A program made the position numbers and the translations under genes. Below, piece after piece: positions 37,323 to 50,373 of a DNA stretch of 64,000 nt (the stretch's first letter is position 1; every line of letters begins with the position of its first letter). Under the pieces are notes generated by a model that was not told the DNA's origin, did no database searches, and saw only the letters and a list, made by a program, of their open reading frames with translations. Source of the DNA: Squalus acanthias (taxonomy: Eukaryota). Location: assembly GCA_030390025.1 (NCBI GenBank), contig CM059432.1, positions 52,578,001 through 52,642,000 on the forward strand, written 5' to 3'.

Positions 37323-38255
37323 CTAGTGGGAATGTACCTCAACTACCTGAACTATTTCCTCATTAAAGGCAGCCCATTGTTCCATTACAGTTTTTCCTGC
37401 CAATCTTTGATTCCAGTTTACCCGGGCCAGATCCGTTCTCATCCCACTGAAATTGGCCTTCCCCCAGTAAAACATTTTTACTCTAGATTGCTCCCTGTCC
37501 TTTTCCATAGCTAATCTAAACCGTATGATACCATGATCACTGTTCCCTAAATGTTCACCGACTGACACTTGCTCCACTTGACCTACCTCATTCCCCAGAA
37601 CCAGATCCAGCAATGCCTCCTCTCTCGTCGGGCCGGAAACATACTGATCAAGAAAGTTCTCCTGAACACACTTCAGAAATTCTTCCCCTTCTCTGCCCTT
37701 AACACTATTACAATCCCAGTCTATATTAGGATAGTTGAAGTCCCCCATTATTACTACTCTATAGTTCTTGCACCTCTCTGTAATTTCTCTGCAAATTTGC
37801 TCCTCCATATCTTTCCCACTATTTGGTGGTCCATAGAATACACCTAGTAGTGTAATGGCACCTCTATTATTTCTTAACTCTAGCCATATAGATTCTGTCC
37901 TTAACCCCTCCAGCACATCCTCCCTATCCAGCACTGTAACATTCTCCTTGACCAATACTGACACGCCACCGCCTATCTTTCCTTCCCAATCTTTCCTGAA
38001 CACTTTATAACCAGGAATATTTAATACCCAATCCTGCCCTTTTTTGAGCCAGATCTCAGTTATTGCCACATCATATTCCCATGTGGCTATTTGTGCCTGC
38101 AGCTCACTTACCTTGTTTACTACGCTTCGTGCATTCACATACATATACTGTAAACCTATCTTAGACCATCCTGTATTCTCCCTTAGTTTGACCCCACCTA
38201 ATACCTTACTATTTCTTACTTTAATGCTCCCTGCCTCTCCCAATCCTTTGAGCAC
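37323..38255 (-). pseudogene. CR1 ORF2 APE endonuclease domain
   Basis: NARS..NK..EL, ITE.WL, GGGV, Y.PP, MGDFNYP, PTR..ALLDL, SDH. Confidence 0.9.
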
Positions 38256-38305
38256 TTTATTTCCCCATTCTAATGTTACATCCTTGTGCCCATCCCCCTG
38301 CCAAA

Positions 38306-39258
38306 TTAGTTTAAACCCTCCCCAACAGCACTAGCAAACCTCCCCGCGAGGATATTGGTTCCGGCCCTGTTGAGGTGCAACCCATCCGGCCTGTACAGGT
38401 CCCACCTCCCCCAGAACCGGTCCCAATGCCCCAGGAATCTAAAGCCCTCCCTCCTGCACCATCTCTCCAGCCACGCATTCATCTTTGCTGTCCTCCTATT
38501 TCTATACTCACTAGCGCGTGACACCAGCAGTAATCCGGAGATTACTACCTTTGAGGTCCTGCTTTTTAATCTCTTTCCTAGCTCCCTGAAATCTGCCTGC
38601 AGGACCTCATCCCTCTTTCAACCTATGTTGTTGGTGCCGATATGGACCACAACCTCTGGCTGTTCACCCTCCCGCCTCAGAATGTTCTGCAGCCGCTCAG
38701 TGACATCCTTGACCCTGGCACCAGGGAGGCAACATACCATCCTGGAGTCACGTCTGCGGCTGCAGAAACGCCTGTCTGCTCCCCTAACTATCAAATCCCC
38801 TACCACTATTGCTTTCCCACTCTTCTTCCTCCCCCCATGTACAGCTGAGCCACCCGTGGTGCCGCAGACTTGGCTCTGGCTATACTCCCCAGAGGAACCA
38901 TCACCCTCACCAGTACTCAGAACCGAATACTGGTTGGAGAGCGAGATGCACTCAGGGGACCCCTGCACTACCTGCCTGGTCCTCCTCTTCTGTCTGGAGG
39001 TCACCCATTCCCTTTCTGCCTGCAGACTCTTTTTATCTGCAGGGTGACCACCTCCTGAAACGTGCTATCCACAAAGCTCTCAGCCTCACAGATACACCAC
39101 AGTGGCGCCAGCTGCTGCTCAAGCTCCAAAACCCGGAGCTCGAGCTCCTCCAGCTGATGACACTCTCCTGCACGTGGGGTTGTCCAGGACAGGGGAAACG
39201 TCCTGGAGTCCCCACATGGCACAGGATGTGCATTCCACAGGACTGAGCTGCCCTGCCA
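38306..39258 (-). pseudogene. CR1 ORF1 (zinc finger/coiled coil + SGNH esterase), disrupted
   Basis: LEELELRVLELEQQL coiled coil, then VVGD.IVRG, CCLPGARV.D, VVHIGTN and DGLHLN esterase motifs. Confidence 0.85.
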
Positions 39259-39741
39259 TGCCTTTACGTAATAGACTATTAACTAGAAACACTTACCAGC
39301 TACTTACCAATCAGCTCCTTCCCTGGTTGTGACGTCACTTTAGCTGTTTTGCAGTTGTTGCTTTTGTTGTTGTTGTTTTCGCTGGCGGTATTCCGCCTCC
39401 TCGCTGCCGCCGCTGCTCCAATCTGCACTCTCTCTGGGCCTCCCACCCGATTTATACTCCACCTCCTTCAAACGATTAGTTTTACTTTTCATTTTTAGTT
39501 TTAATTAGTTAATTTAGTTGAAGTTATTAATTCAATGAAGTTATAGTAGTTAATACTCTCCCAGTTCTGAATTTAACCCACTAACCTAACCTAGAGAGCA
39601 AAAGAGCTGTAATACTCCCCAACCAATCACCTACCTGCTGTCCTGTGATGTCACTCCTTGATTTTTGGGGGTTTTTTCAGCTCCCTTTAAGCTGCCACCT
39701 CCGATGCCGCCCTTCCCGCTCAGGTCCGCGCTGTGTCCTGG

Positions 39742-41020
39742 GCCTTTAACGTACTAAAATGTCCCAATGTGCTTCACAGGCGCATAATCAAACAATATTT
39801 GACACTGAGCCGCTTAAGGAGATATTGGGACAGATGAGGTAGGTTTTAAGGAGCGTCTTAAGGGAGGAGAGGCAGAGAGGTTTAGGGAGGGAATTCCAGA
39901 GCTGAGGGCCTTGGCAGTTGAAGGCACGGCTGCCAATGGTGGAGTGATTAAAATCAGGGATGCGCAAGAGGCCAGAATGTGGGGTGCGCAGAGATCTCGG
40001 AGGGATGTAGGAGGTTACAGAGTTAGGGAGGGATGAAGTCATAGAGGGATTTGAAAACAAGGATGAGAATTTTAAAATTGAGGCTTTGGTGGACCGGGAG
40101 CCAATGTAGGTCAGCGAGCACAGGGGTGATGGATGAACAGGGCTTGGTGGGAGTTAGGATACAGACAGCAGAGTTTTGGATGACCTCAAGTTTATGGAGG
40201 ATAGAAGATGGAAGGCCAGCCATGAGAACATTGGAATAGTCAAGTCTATAGGTAACAAAAGGATGGATGAGGGATCCAGCAGCAGCTGAGTTGAGGCAGA
40301 GGCGGAGTTGGGCAATGTTACAGAAGTGGAAATAGGCGGTCTTGGTGATGTGGTCGGAAGCTCATCTCAGGGTCAAATACAACACCAAGGTTGCGAACGA
40401 TCTGGCTCAGCCTCAAACAGTTGCCAGGGAGAGGGATGGAGTCGGTGGCTCGGGAACAGAGTTTGTGGCAATGGCTTCAGTCTTCACAATATTTAGTTGG
40501 AGCAAATTTCTGCACATCAGAGAAGCAGTGTGACAAATTAGGTACAGTGGAGTGGTCAAGAGAGGTGGTGGTGAGGTTGAGCTGGGTGTCATCAGCATAC
40601 ATGTGGAACCTAATGTTGTCGGATGATGTCACCGAGGGGCAACATGTAGATGAGAAATAGGAGGTGGCCAAGGATAGATCTTTGGGAGACTCCAGAGGTA
40701 ACGGTGCGGGAGCGAGAAGAGAAGCCACTGCAGGTGATTCTCTGGCTATGACTGGATAGATAAAAATGGAACCTAACGAGTGCAGTATCGCCCAGCTGGA
40801 TGACAGAGGAGAGGCATTGGAGCAGGATGGTGTGGTCAGCCGTGTCAAAGGCTGCAGACAGGTCGAGAAGGATGAGGAGGGGTAGTTTACTATGGTCACA
40901 GTCACATAGGGCATTATTTCTGATTTTGATAAGGGCTGTTTCAGTACTGTGGTGGGGTGGAAACCTGATTGGAGGGATTCAAACATGGAGTTGTGGTAAA
41001 GATGTGCACGGATCTTAAAT
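39742..41020 (-). mobile_element. L2 LINE RT/3' region. Its extreme tail lies at about 29540-29576, across the CR1 insertion
   Basis: QSGF.P, YADDTQL, VIQNSA..IL...LHWLPV. ctggcatttatatagtg (29559-29576) joins gcctttaacgt (39742+), as in the intact tail at 4500-4550. Confidence 0.8.
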
Positions 41021-41129
41021 GCCGTGATCACTGCCCTGCAGATATTTGACCCCTAACTGTTTACCTGAATTTACAGGACTCATAAAGAAACATTTTACAA
41101 CAGAACATCTATTAATACCTTGTAATTGT

Positions 41130-42773
41130 AGGATTGTGGGGAACCAAGGGGTTAATAAGAGTGAGGAACTTAAAGTAATTAATATCAGTAGAGAAAAAGT
41201 ACTTGAGAAATGAATGGGACTAAAAGCCAACAAATCCCCTGGACCTGATGGCCTACATCCTAGGGTTCTAAAAAAGGTGGCTACAGAGATAGTGGATGCA
41301 CTGGTTGTGATCTTCCAAAATTCCTTAGATTCTAGAATGGTCCCAGTGGTTTGGAGGGTAGCAAATGTAACCCCACTATTCAAGAAAGGAGGGAGAGAGA
41401 AAACAGGGAACTACAGGCCAGTTAGCCTGACATCAGTTGGGAAAATGCTGGAATCCATTATTAAGGAAGTGGTAACAGGGCACTCAGAAAATCATAATAT
41501 GATTAGGCAGAGTCAACATGGTTTTATGAAAGGGAAATCATATTTAACAAATTTATGAGAGCTTTTTGAGGATGTAACTAACAGGGTAGATAAAGGAGAA
41601 CCAGTGGATGTAGTATATTTGGATTTCCATAAGGTATTCGATAAGGTGCCACATAAAAGGTTGCTACACAAGATAAGGGCTCATGGGTTGGGGGTAATAT
41701 ATTAGCATGGATAGAGGATTGGTTAACGAAAAGAAAACAGAGTAGGGATAAACGGGTCATTTTCCGGTTGGCAGGCTGTAACTAGTGGGGTGCCACAAGG
41801 ATCAGTGCTTGGGCCTCAGCTATTTGCAATCTACATTAATGACTTAGATGAAGGGACCGAGTGCAATGTATCCAAGTTTGCTGATGATACAAAGCTAGGC
41901 TGTGAGGAGGACACAAAGAGCCTGCAAAGGGATATAGACGGGTTAAGTGAATAGGCAATAAGGTGGCAGATGGAGTATAATGTGAGGAAATGTGAGGCTA
42001 TTCACTTTGATAGGAAGAATAGAAAAACAGAATACTTTTTAAATGGTGAGAAACTATTAAATGTTGGTGTTCAGTGAGATTTAGGTGGCCTTGTACAGGA
42101 AACACAGAAAGTTGGCATGCAGGTACAGCAAGCAATTAGGAAGGCAAATGGCATGTTGGCCTTTATTGCAAGGGGTTGGAGTAAAAGAGTAAAGAAGTCT
42201 TACTACAATTGTACAGGGCTTTGGTGAGACCACACCTGGAGTACTGAGCACAGTTTTGGTCTCCTTATCTGAGAAAGGACATACATGCCTTAGAGGTGGT
42301 GCAACGAAGGTTCACTAGATTGATCCCTGGGTTGAGAGAGTTGTCCTATGAGGAGAGATTGAGTAGATTGGGCCTATACTCTCTGGAGTTTAGAAGAATG
42401 AGAGGTGATCTCATTGAAACATATAAGATTCTGAGGGGGATCGACAGGGTAGATGCTTAGAGGTTGTTTCCCCTGGCTGGAGAGTCTAGAACTAGGGGGC
42501 ATAGTCTCAGGATAAGGGGTAGGCCATTTAAGACTGAGATAAGGGAGAATTTCTTCACTCAGAGGGTTGTGAATCTTTCGAATTCTCTACCCCAAAGGGT
42601 TGTGGATGCTGAGGCGTTGAGTACATTCAAGACCGAGCTAGATAGATTTTGAGACTCATGGGGAATCAAGGGACATGGGGACCGGGCGGGAAAGTGGAGT
42701 TGAGGTCGTAGATCAGTCATGGTCTTATTGAATGGCCGTATGGCCTACTCCTGCTCCTAATTCTTATGCTCTT
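41130..42773 (+). mobile_element. CR1 LINE RT to 3' tail, many stops
   Basis: KSPGPDGLHPRVLK, NYRPVSLT, QHGF, FFTQRVVNL, tail tcttatg. Confidence 0.9.
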
Positions 42774-42869
42774 AAACCTTCCCTAACAGTAGCAATTACA
42801 TTGCCATAACTTAGTTTGTTATAGTATATAAAATAATTAATCTTAGAGATAACAGAAAAACTAAACAAT

Positions 42870-43613
42870 GGCCCAGAAATTGATCTCGCTCTGTTCCCGC
42901 GGGGGTAAGCCTTTCCCGCGATGTCTCACCTCGCTTATGCTTTTTCTGATCCAGCTCGCACGAAATTGATGTTCCAGACATCAGCTGTGCTGGGCTTGCG
43001 TATCCCAGCGGCGTAGTTAATTCGTGCGAGCTGTGGGATCACGTGACTCAGTTAGAGCCAATGGCAGCACACCATCTTCCATTCATAAGTCTCACAGCAT
43101 GGCTGAGAGACTTATGAATCTTACACCCCCCCAAAATAACAGCTAAACCTCAATTAAATTTTAAAAAAAACCCATCACATTAATAAAATAAGTATAGTTA
43201 ATTAAATTAACCATTTTAAATAAAAAATTAAATTTTTGAAAAAATTTAAAATCTTTTAAAAAGTTATAAAAATAAACTTACCTGTCTTTAAAGTCTCTAA
43301 AAAAGATATACCTGTGAAAAAAAATTCAAAAAAATACTTAATTCACTACTTACCTTCTTAAAAGCGGGTCTTACTCCTCCTTTTTACATTTCCAAAATCT
43401 TCAGTACTTACCTGCGCGTCCAAAGCATGAAGTGCACAGCGTGCGCGCAGCCTGTAGCGCGCACGCGATGCACTCCGGCCCCGCCCCCTTTTCGGAAGAG
43501 CAATTGCCGGTTTTCAGCGCATGCGCAGGGCATGCAGAAAACCGGCAATTGGAGTGGGAATACGCGAGAGTATGCAGTGCGTACTCTCGCGTCCCGGGAT
43601 CAATTTTCGGCCC
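42870..43613. mobile_element. 744-bp young Harbinger-type MITE, copy 2
   Basis: Same TIRs as 27410-28153, with TSD AAT (42867-42869 / 43614-43616). Confidence 0.9.
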
Positions 43614-44403
43614 AATGTTAAAAAATGGAAGGCTTTATATTATGAAACTTTAACAATGGTTAGAGAGTTCTACAGATTGCAATAAAACGGAAAGCTTTTC
43701 AATTAATATATAGAAGCCTAGAACTTAATAACCCAAATGATCTCAATTACATTAACATCCTTGTAATGTACCCCACCTACTTTTTATTTTCTATGTAATT
43801 ATTCAGGTATTTTAACTCTTTTCCTGCTAAATATTTCACTCTTTGCACCACCCAAGTTCTAGATTTGGGGTTTCCCATGCAGTCCATGAGTTCAGGTTAT
43901 GTGAATCCCTGTGCATCTGTTCCACTATTTCAGCTGCTACTACTAAAATTGTGATCTTGCTAAGAATTTCGGTTTGTAACCCTTTTCACATCAGATATTC
44001 TGATATTTGTAACAGTCTGGTCTGGCAGATGTGTAGATTTCAGTGCCATTAACTCAGTTGACCCTCTGCTGAGATTGCTTCGGTGTTTGGATATTGCCAA
44101 AGTCTGCCGTCCACTGCAAGCCCACAGACAGTGCAGTGCTGAAAATGTATCAGGGTGGGTTCTATCCTTCTTCCTCGAACAGTACTGACAGTGATGAATT
44201 TGTACTTGCCCCGTACAGCTATTTATGCCAGAGCCTCAGAAGCCTTTCTACTTCTGTTTGGGAAATGTGCTGTAGTTAGGTTGAAGAGATTAAGACCTAC
44301 AAATTGGTCCCTGTGCCAGAACGGGTAGGTCACTTTATTCAAAGGGAGAAATAAAGTCAAGCAGTGGCTGGCAACCACTTCAGTCCGAAAATAACCTTAT
44401 AAT

Positions 44404-45179
44404 GGCCCGGATTTTGTGGTCAGCAGCGAAGTGGTGGCGCTCGCCACTGACCTCAAAGAGAGTTGCCCACAAAGTTTTAGTGGGCTCTGCAGCGTCATTT
44501 TCTCCTTTCCCAACGTGACTTTCCATCTGGCACCATCTATAGGCAGGCATCTGGCACCATCAAGCAGGCTGAGCAGGCAACCACATTGAAGAATTCTCAC
44601 AGACAGCAAACCAGGAAGTAAAAAGCAGGCTTTATCATTCACTTTTTAATAATTTTATAGAAAGCAAAATAAAGATTGGGACATGCACATGGGATTAAGG
44701 TAGAAACTGAAATATCATAAACAAACTTAAAAAAAATATATATTTTTAATTATTTGAAAGATCTATGGAATTTTTTAAATCATGGAATGGAAGGAATGAC
44801 ACTCCACAAATATAAAATTCGTTTTTCAGGGCAGAGGAGGTTGTTCAGCAGTAATTATTACTTAGTACAGCATTAAAAACACCTCATTCAACAAGGCTTA
44901 CACCTCATTCAACCAGGCTTAACCTTTTCAATGGTTTTTACAGCGAGAATAGTGCGTAAAAAGTTGACGTTATGTCAAATCAATGATTTCTAATTGATTC
45001 CATCTACGAACACTGCAACAACGCACCCTGTGGAGGAGCAGGGTATCATTGACAGCAACTTCTAGATTTCCGGGTTTAACTGTACATGTGCGGACGCCAA
45101 AAGTTGCTGTCAGTATTACACAGTAATGACGGCGAGCGCTGACAGTTTTGCCATCATTGCAACCGCAAATTCAGGGCCC
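44404..45179. mobile_element. MITE-like element with GGCCC termini
   Basis: GGCCCGGATTTTGTGGT / ACCGCAAATTCAGGGCC imperfect TIR. TSD not clean. Confidence 0.55.
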
Positions 45180-45324
45180 GTCACAGGCAGACTACAGACT
45201 TAGGAAAAAATGTAGTGATAGTTGGGTAGAAGACAAATGGAAAAAGGAACTGAATGGAATAACAAAGTTACCACAAATAAATACCAAAAATTATTACTAC
45301 CGTAGCCAAAATGCAAACAGCTAT

Positions 45325-45622
45325 TTTTTTATTTGTTTATGGGATGTGGGCGTCGCTGGCAAGGCCAACATTTATTGCCCATCCTTAATTGCCCTTGAGA
45401 AGGTGGTGGTGAACCGCCTTCTTGCATCGCTGCAGTCCGTGTGGTGAAGGTACTCCCACAGTGCTGTTAGGGAGGGAGTTCCAGGATTTTGACCCAGCGA
45501 CGATGAAGGATCGGCAATATACTTCTAAGTCAGGATGGTGTGTGACTTGGAGGGGAACTTGGAGGTGGCGGTGTTCCCGTGTGCCTGCTGCCCTTGTCCT
45601 TCTAGGCGGAAGAGGTCGTGGG
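45325..45622 (-). mobile_element. 3' tail fragment of the tRNA-headed LINE family
   Basis: Reverse complement of 36360-36700. Confidence 0.85.
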
Positions 45623-46793
45623 TTAATGCCTACAGTGCTGAAACAGGCCCCAGCACAGCCTAACCTGCTAACTGAAACGTGCCCCACCCAATGCATATTG
45701 GCTTCTATTTTTGCCCATCAAAGCTGTCTCCTCCATTGGTGCACTGACGCTGACCATCAATTCTATTTCCTATTTTATTCTGGAATGCTCACAAGAGTTA
45801 GATATTTCCTCAATTCTAGCAGACTCCTGGACAATCCAGAGTTATTGCAACCCTAACAGGAAGAGAAGCCATTGCTGGAAATCATCTGGCTACAATACAT
45901 TGGAGGACTGTATCAAAGGCTGATGTTCTCCACATGTTCAGTGCCTGTTCACAATTGATGCTGAAGGGGAGATGAAATGTAAAAATTTAAACTATTTTCC
46001 CGGGTTACCCTCCCCTTGCAATAGGGCCATTCAGTATTTATGTCCCTTCATTTGCTTGCCCATAGCCAATTCTTTAAAGGAGTTTTTGTACCTAAAAAGG
46101 AGTTTTTTTAAAGGGGCTACTTTAAGAACAGCCAGTAGCTCTTCCATAACTTGTTGCACGTCATGTGCTAGGCAGTCAGAGTGCCACAAAAAGATTTAAA
46201 CGAGTTAATCTCACATAATCAGAAAAGATGACCTCAGTGAGGTGTATGGAAACACCATGGCAGCCCTAAATAAACTGATCAGTACAACTGTATATGAGAT
46301 TAAAAACAGAAAATGCTGGAAATACTCAGCAGATCAGGCAGCATCTGTGGAGAGAGAAACAGAGTTAATGTTTCACTTAATTAGATTGGGATCCCCGGCG
46401 GGACGGTCATTAGCGGTAACAGATCTGACTCATACAATAGCAAACTCGCACAGATCGCGCCAGGAAGCAGAGCTGACAGGGGACTATTGTTATGGGGATA
46501 GTCAATATCATATGAATATTGTTCGTCACTGAGAGGGGTTAATTTCTTTGGCGATAGGGATGTCTTTGAGTTCAAAAGTGCCAAGTAACATACCTCACCC
46601 GTCGTGATTTAAAGAAAAATGTAGGACCAACACAAACGTGCCGATGAGATTTGTGCCGTTTTATATTAGATAGTTTATGAGAGGGAAAAGAAAGACTTCT
46701 CCAGCAGACATTAAAATAATCCCCATTCTGGAAGTGTGCTACAGCCTCGAGACTAATAAGAAGATTACTAATTTGCTTCACCTTGGCTGTGAG

Positions 46794-47368
46794 CCCCCGC
46801 CCGGAGCCACAGACTGGATGCGCGCGCCCCCGCTCCTGACTGGGTGTGCGCGCCCCCCGCCCGGAGCCACTGATAGAGTGTGCGCGCCCCCGCCCGGAGC
46901 CACTGATAGAGTGTGCGCGCCCCGCCCGGAGCCACTTACAGCGTGCGCGCCCCCGCCCGGAGCCACTGATAGGGTGCGCGCGCTCCCGCCCGGAGCCACT
47001 GACTGGATGCGCGCGCCCCCGCTCCTGACTGGGTGTGCGCGCCCCCGCCCGGAGCCACTGATAGGATGTGCGCGCTCCCGCCCGGAGCCACTGACTGGAT
47101 GCGCGCGCCCCCGCTCCTGACTGGGTGTGCGCGCCCCCGCCCGGAGCCACTGATAGAGTGTGCGCGCCCCCGCCCGGAGCCACTGATAGAGTGTGCGCGC
47201 CCCCGCCCGGAGCCACTGATAGAGTGTGCGCGCCCCCGCCCGGAGCCACTGATAGAGTGTGCGCGCCCCCGCCCGGAGCCACTTATAGTGTGCGCGCCCC
47301 CGCCCGGAGCCACTGATAGGATGTGCGCGCTCCCGCCCGGAGCCACTGACTGGATGCGCGCGCCCGCT
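46794..47368. repeat. 33-bp CpG-rich minisatellite (cccccgcccggagccactgatagagtgtgcgcg) with variant and higher-order units
   Basis: Period 33 (e.g. ccggagc at 47141 and 47174). Gives 11-aa repeat ORFs. Confidence 0.95.
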
Positions 47369-47369
47369 T

Positions 47370-47460
47370 GGAGGCACAGCCAGAGCGCCGGGCTGCGGGT
47401 CACGTGGGCCGGCCTTTCGCAGACAGAATTGGACCTGGAACCAGAACAGGAAGCGCAACG
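47370..47460 (+). promoter_or_regulatory. CpG-island-type promoter
   Basis: Unique CpG-rich sequence with E-box GTCACGTGG (47399-47407) and ETS CAGGAAG (47447-47453), GC boxes in the adjacent VNTR, and a strong donor downstream. Confidence 0.6.
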
Positions 47461-47586
47461 TTCCACAGCTACTGTATCATTTTCGCTTCTCTGTTGCATT
47501 TACTGGGTGGCGGCTCCGTGCCGTGAATTAAATGAGCAGCGGCTGCAGCAACACAGAGAAGTTTCAGCTGTGCCACTCCAGCAAAG
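47430..47586 (+). other. Candidate first exon of a second unidentified gene (start approximate, ATG 47532 gives MSSGCSNTEKFQLCHSSK)
   Basis: Donor AAAG|gtaaga at 47587 within the CpG island, followed by T-rich intron-like sequence. Confidence 0.55.
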
Positions 47587-48032
47587 GTAAGAGACCCGAG
47601 TCCCTCTCACCCTTTTTGGGAGCCGGCTGGCCAAGCTCCTGTTATTCCTACTGCCCGGCTAACGGTTCCCCTTCTCTCCCGTTTTCCGAACCATGTTGGC
47701 AGCGCTGCTCGCTACATTTATTTTTGTGGTTCTGTTTGATGTAGCTTTTAAATTATTGTTTTTTGTGTTTTCACGATGGTTTTGAGGGTTGTATTAGTTG
47801 GTTGTGTCCCCCCCCCCCTGCGCTTTTGCTGGGTGCCACCTCACCCATCGAGTCACCCTCAGCAGGATGCCTGCACGCACCAATCGTTCTGTAATAGGGG
47901 CATTCAGTAAATGTATGTTATTAAGTGATGCTGGTTATTACTTTCTTCTGCCGGTCAGTATATGTGCTGCTAAGATGGCACCTAGAAAAAGAAAGACTTA
48001 CATTTATATAGTGCCTTTCATGGCAGTTGATC

Positions 48033-49790
48033 AATCATAGAATCGTAAAAATTTACAGCACAGAAGGAGGCCGTTCGGCCCATCTTGTCCGTGCCGGCGG
48101 ACAAAGAGCTATCCAGCCCAATCCCACTTTCCAGCTCTTGGTCTGTATCCTTGTAGGTTACAGCACTTCAAGTGCACATCCAAGTACTTTTTAAATGTGA
48201 TTAGGGTCTCTGCCTCTATCACCCTTTCAAGCAAGAGTTCCAAACCCCCACCACCCTCTGGATGAAAAACATTCTCCTCAAATCCCCTCAACCTCCTACC
48301 AATTACTTTAAATCTCTGCCCCCTGGTTATTCTGCTGAGGGAAATAGATCCTTCCTATCCACTCTATCTAGGCCCCTCATAATTTTATACACCTCAATTA
48401 TGTCCTCCCCTCAGCCTCCTCTGTTCAAAGAAAACAACCCCAGCCTATCCAATCTTTCCTCATTGTTAAAATTCCCCAGCCGACAACATCCTCAAACTTC
48501 CTCTGCACCCTCTCTAGTGCAATCACATCCTTCCTGTAATGTGGTGACCAGAACTGCACGCAGTATTCTAGCTGCGGCCTAACTAGTGTTTTATACAGTT
48601 CAAGCATAACCTCCCTGCTCTTATATTCTATGCCTCGGCTAATAAAGGCAAGTATCCCGTATGCCGCCTTAACCACCTTATCTACCTGTCCTGCTACCTT
48701 CAGGGATCTGTGAATATACACTCCAAGGTCCCTCTGCACTCTGTTTCCTACCATTTATTGTGTATTCCCTTGCCTTGTTAGCCCTCCCCAAATGCATTAC
48801 CTCACACTTCTCCAGATTGAATTCCATTTGCCACTATTCTGTCCACCTGACCAGTCCATTGATATCTTCCTGCAGTCTACAGCTTTCTTCTTCATTATCA
48901 ACTACACGGCCAATTTTTGTATCATCTGCAAACTTCTTAATCATACTTCCTACATTCAAGTTCAAATCATTGATATATACCACAAAAAGCAAAGGAACCA
49001 GTATGGAGCCCTGCGGAACCCCACTGGAAACACCCTTCGACCATTACCCTTTGTTTCCTGCCTCTGAGCCAATTTCGGATCCAACTTTGCCTTGGATCCC
49101 ATGGGCTTTTACTTTCGTGACCAGTCTGCCATGCAGGACCTTATCAAAAGCCTTGCTGAAATCCATATAGACTACATCAAACGCACTACCCTCATCGATC
49201 CTCCTTGTTACCACCACAAAAAATTCAATCAAGTTAGTCAGACACGACCTTCCCTTAACAAATCCATGCTGATTGTTCCTGATTAATCCTTGTCTTTCTA
49301 AATGAAGATTTATCCTGTCCCTCAGAATTTTTTCCAATAATGTTTCCATCACTGAGGTTAGGCTGACTGGCCTGTAATTACTCAGTTTATCCCTTTCTCC
49401 CTTTTTAAACAACGGTATCATATTAGTAGTCCTCCGGCACCACACCTGTAGCCAGAGAGGATTGGAAAATGGTCAGAGCCTCTGCTATTTCCTCTTTACT
49501 TCTCTTAACAGTCTGGGATACATTTCATTCGGGCCTGGTGATTTATCCACTTTCAAAGATGCTAAACATCTTAATACTTCCTCTTTCACTATGCTTATTT
49601 CATCTAATATTTCACACTCCTCTTCCCTGATTGCAATTTCTGCATCGTCCCTTTCTTGTGAAAACAGACACACAGTATTCATTAAGAACCATACCCATAT
49701 CTTCCGCCTCCACACACAGGTTACCTTTATGGTCCCTAATAGACCCTACTCTTACTTTAGTTATCCTCTTAAACTTAACATTTTATAAAT
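48033..49790 (-). mobile_element. CR1 LINE RT to 3' tail
   Basis: KSPGP..MYPR, NYRPVSLTS, YMDFSKAFDKV, RPQLEYCVQFW. Tail aatcatag. Confidence 0.9.
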
Positions 49791-49926
49791 ACATTAAGAG
49801 CATCACATTAAGCTGTGATTTCTGCTGTTTTAAATTAACGTTGATATCTTCACTGGTTTGTTTGGACGAATACCCCGCCTACCTCAGTAGCTATGTAATT
49901 ATATTTTGCATGTTTTATTTAAATAT

Positions 49927-50373
49927 TGAGAGGTCGTACAACACCAGGTTATAGTCCAACAGTTTTATTTGAAATCACAAGCTTTCGGAGCTATCGATTG
50001 CCCCTTCCTCAGGTGAAGTAAATTAGATACAGAATCGCCAAAGCATATATAGATAGAGAACAAAGCATGTGTACCTTACAATTGCAGACCACTAAATTAA
50101 ATCATCCTGACTATCTGCCGAGGTGTGATAAAGTTAATCAGGTCAGCCAGGAAGGTACCACATCAAAGACATAGTAAGATACAACTGAGACAATGAGGTG
50201 TAGTCGCAGGGGTTCTAACGTGTCAAAAGCTGCCGTCTGTATGTAAAACGAAAAGCTTTAAAATTTTTACTTTTTTACTGGGAAAATTTTTACTTTTTTA
50301 CTGGGAATCACATCTGTGAACAAGCCAACGACGACTCGAGTCCGGATCACGTCATGTATCGTGACATAAATTA
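49927..50373 (-). mobile_element. Solo PLE pseudo-LTR (related subfamily of 1212-1690)
   Basis: Collinear homology with 1250-1690. 12-bp TSD TTATTTAAATAT (49915-49926 / 50374-50385). Confidence 0.85.
49975..50016 (-). ncRNA. Minimal type I hammerhead ribozyme, second variant
   Basis: UCAC-CUGAGGA-A-GGGGC-AAUCGAUA-GCUCC-GAAAGCUU-GUGA. Confidence 0.78.

Larger units (their letters stand above)
29577..39741 (-). mobile_element. Near full-length CR1 LINE (5'UTR, ORF1, ORF2, tail) carrying nested Tigger and LINE insertions
   Basis: Collinear pieces: tail 29577, RT 29663-30823, 33526-33715 and 36710-37174, EN 37323-38255, ORF1 38306-39258, 5'UTR with TGACGTCA/CCAAT to about 39741. Confidence 0.88.

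Noticed and set aside
46572..47590. Repetitive 11-aa ORFs; array superficially CRISPR-like
   Set aside because: Pure tandem repeat with no unique spacers and no cas genes, in a vertebrate context.
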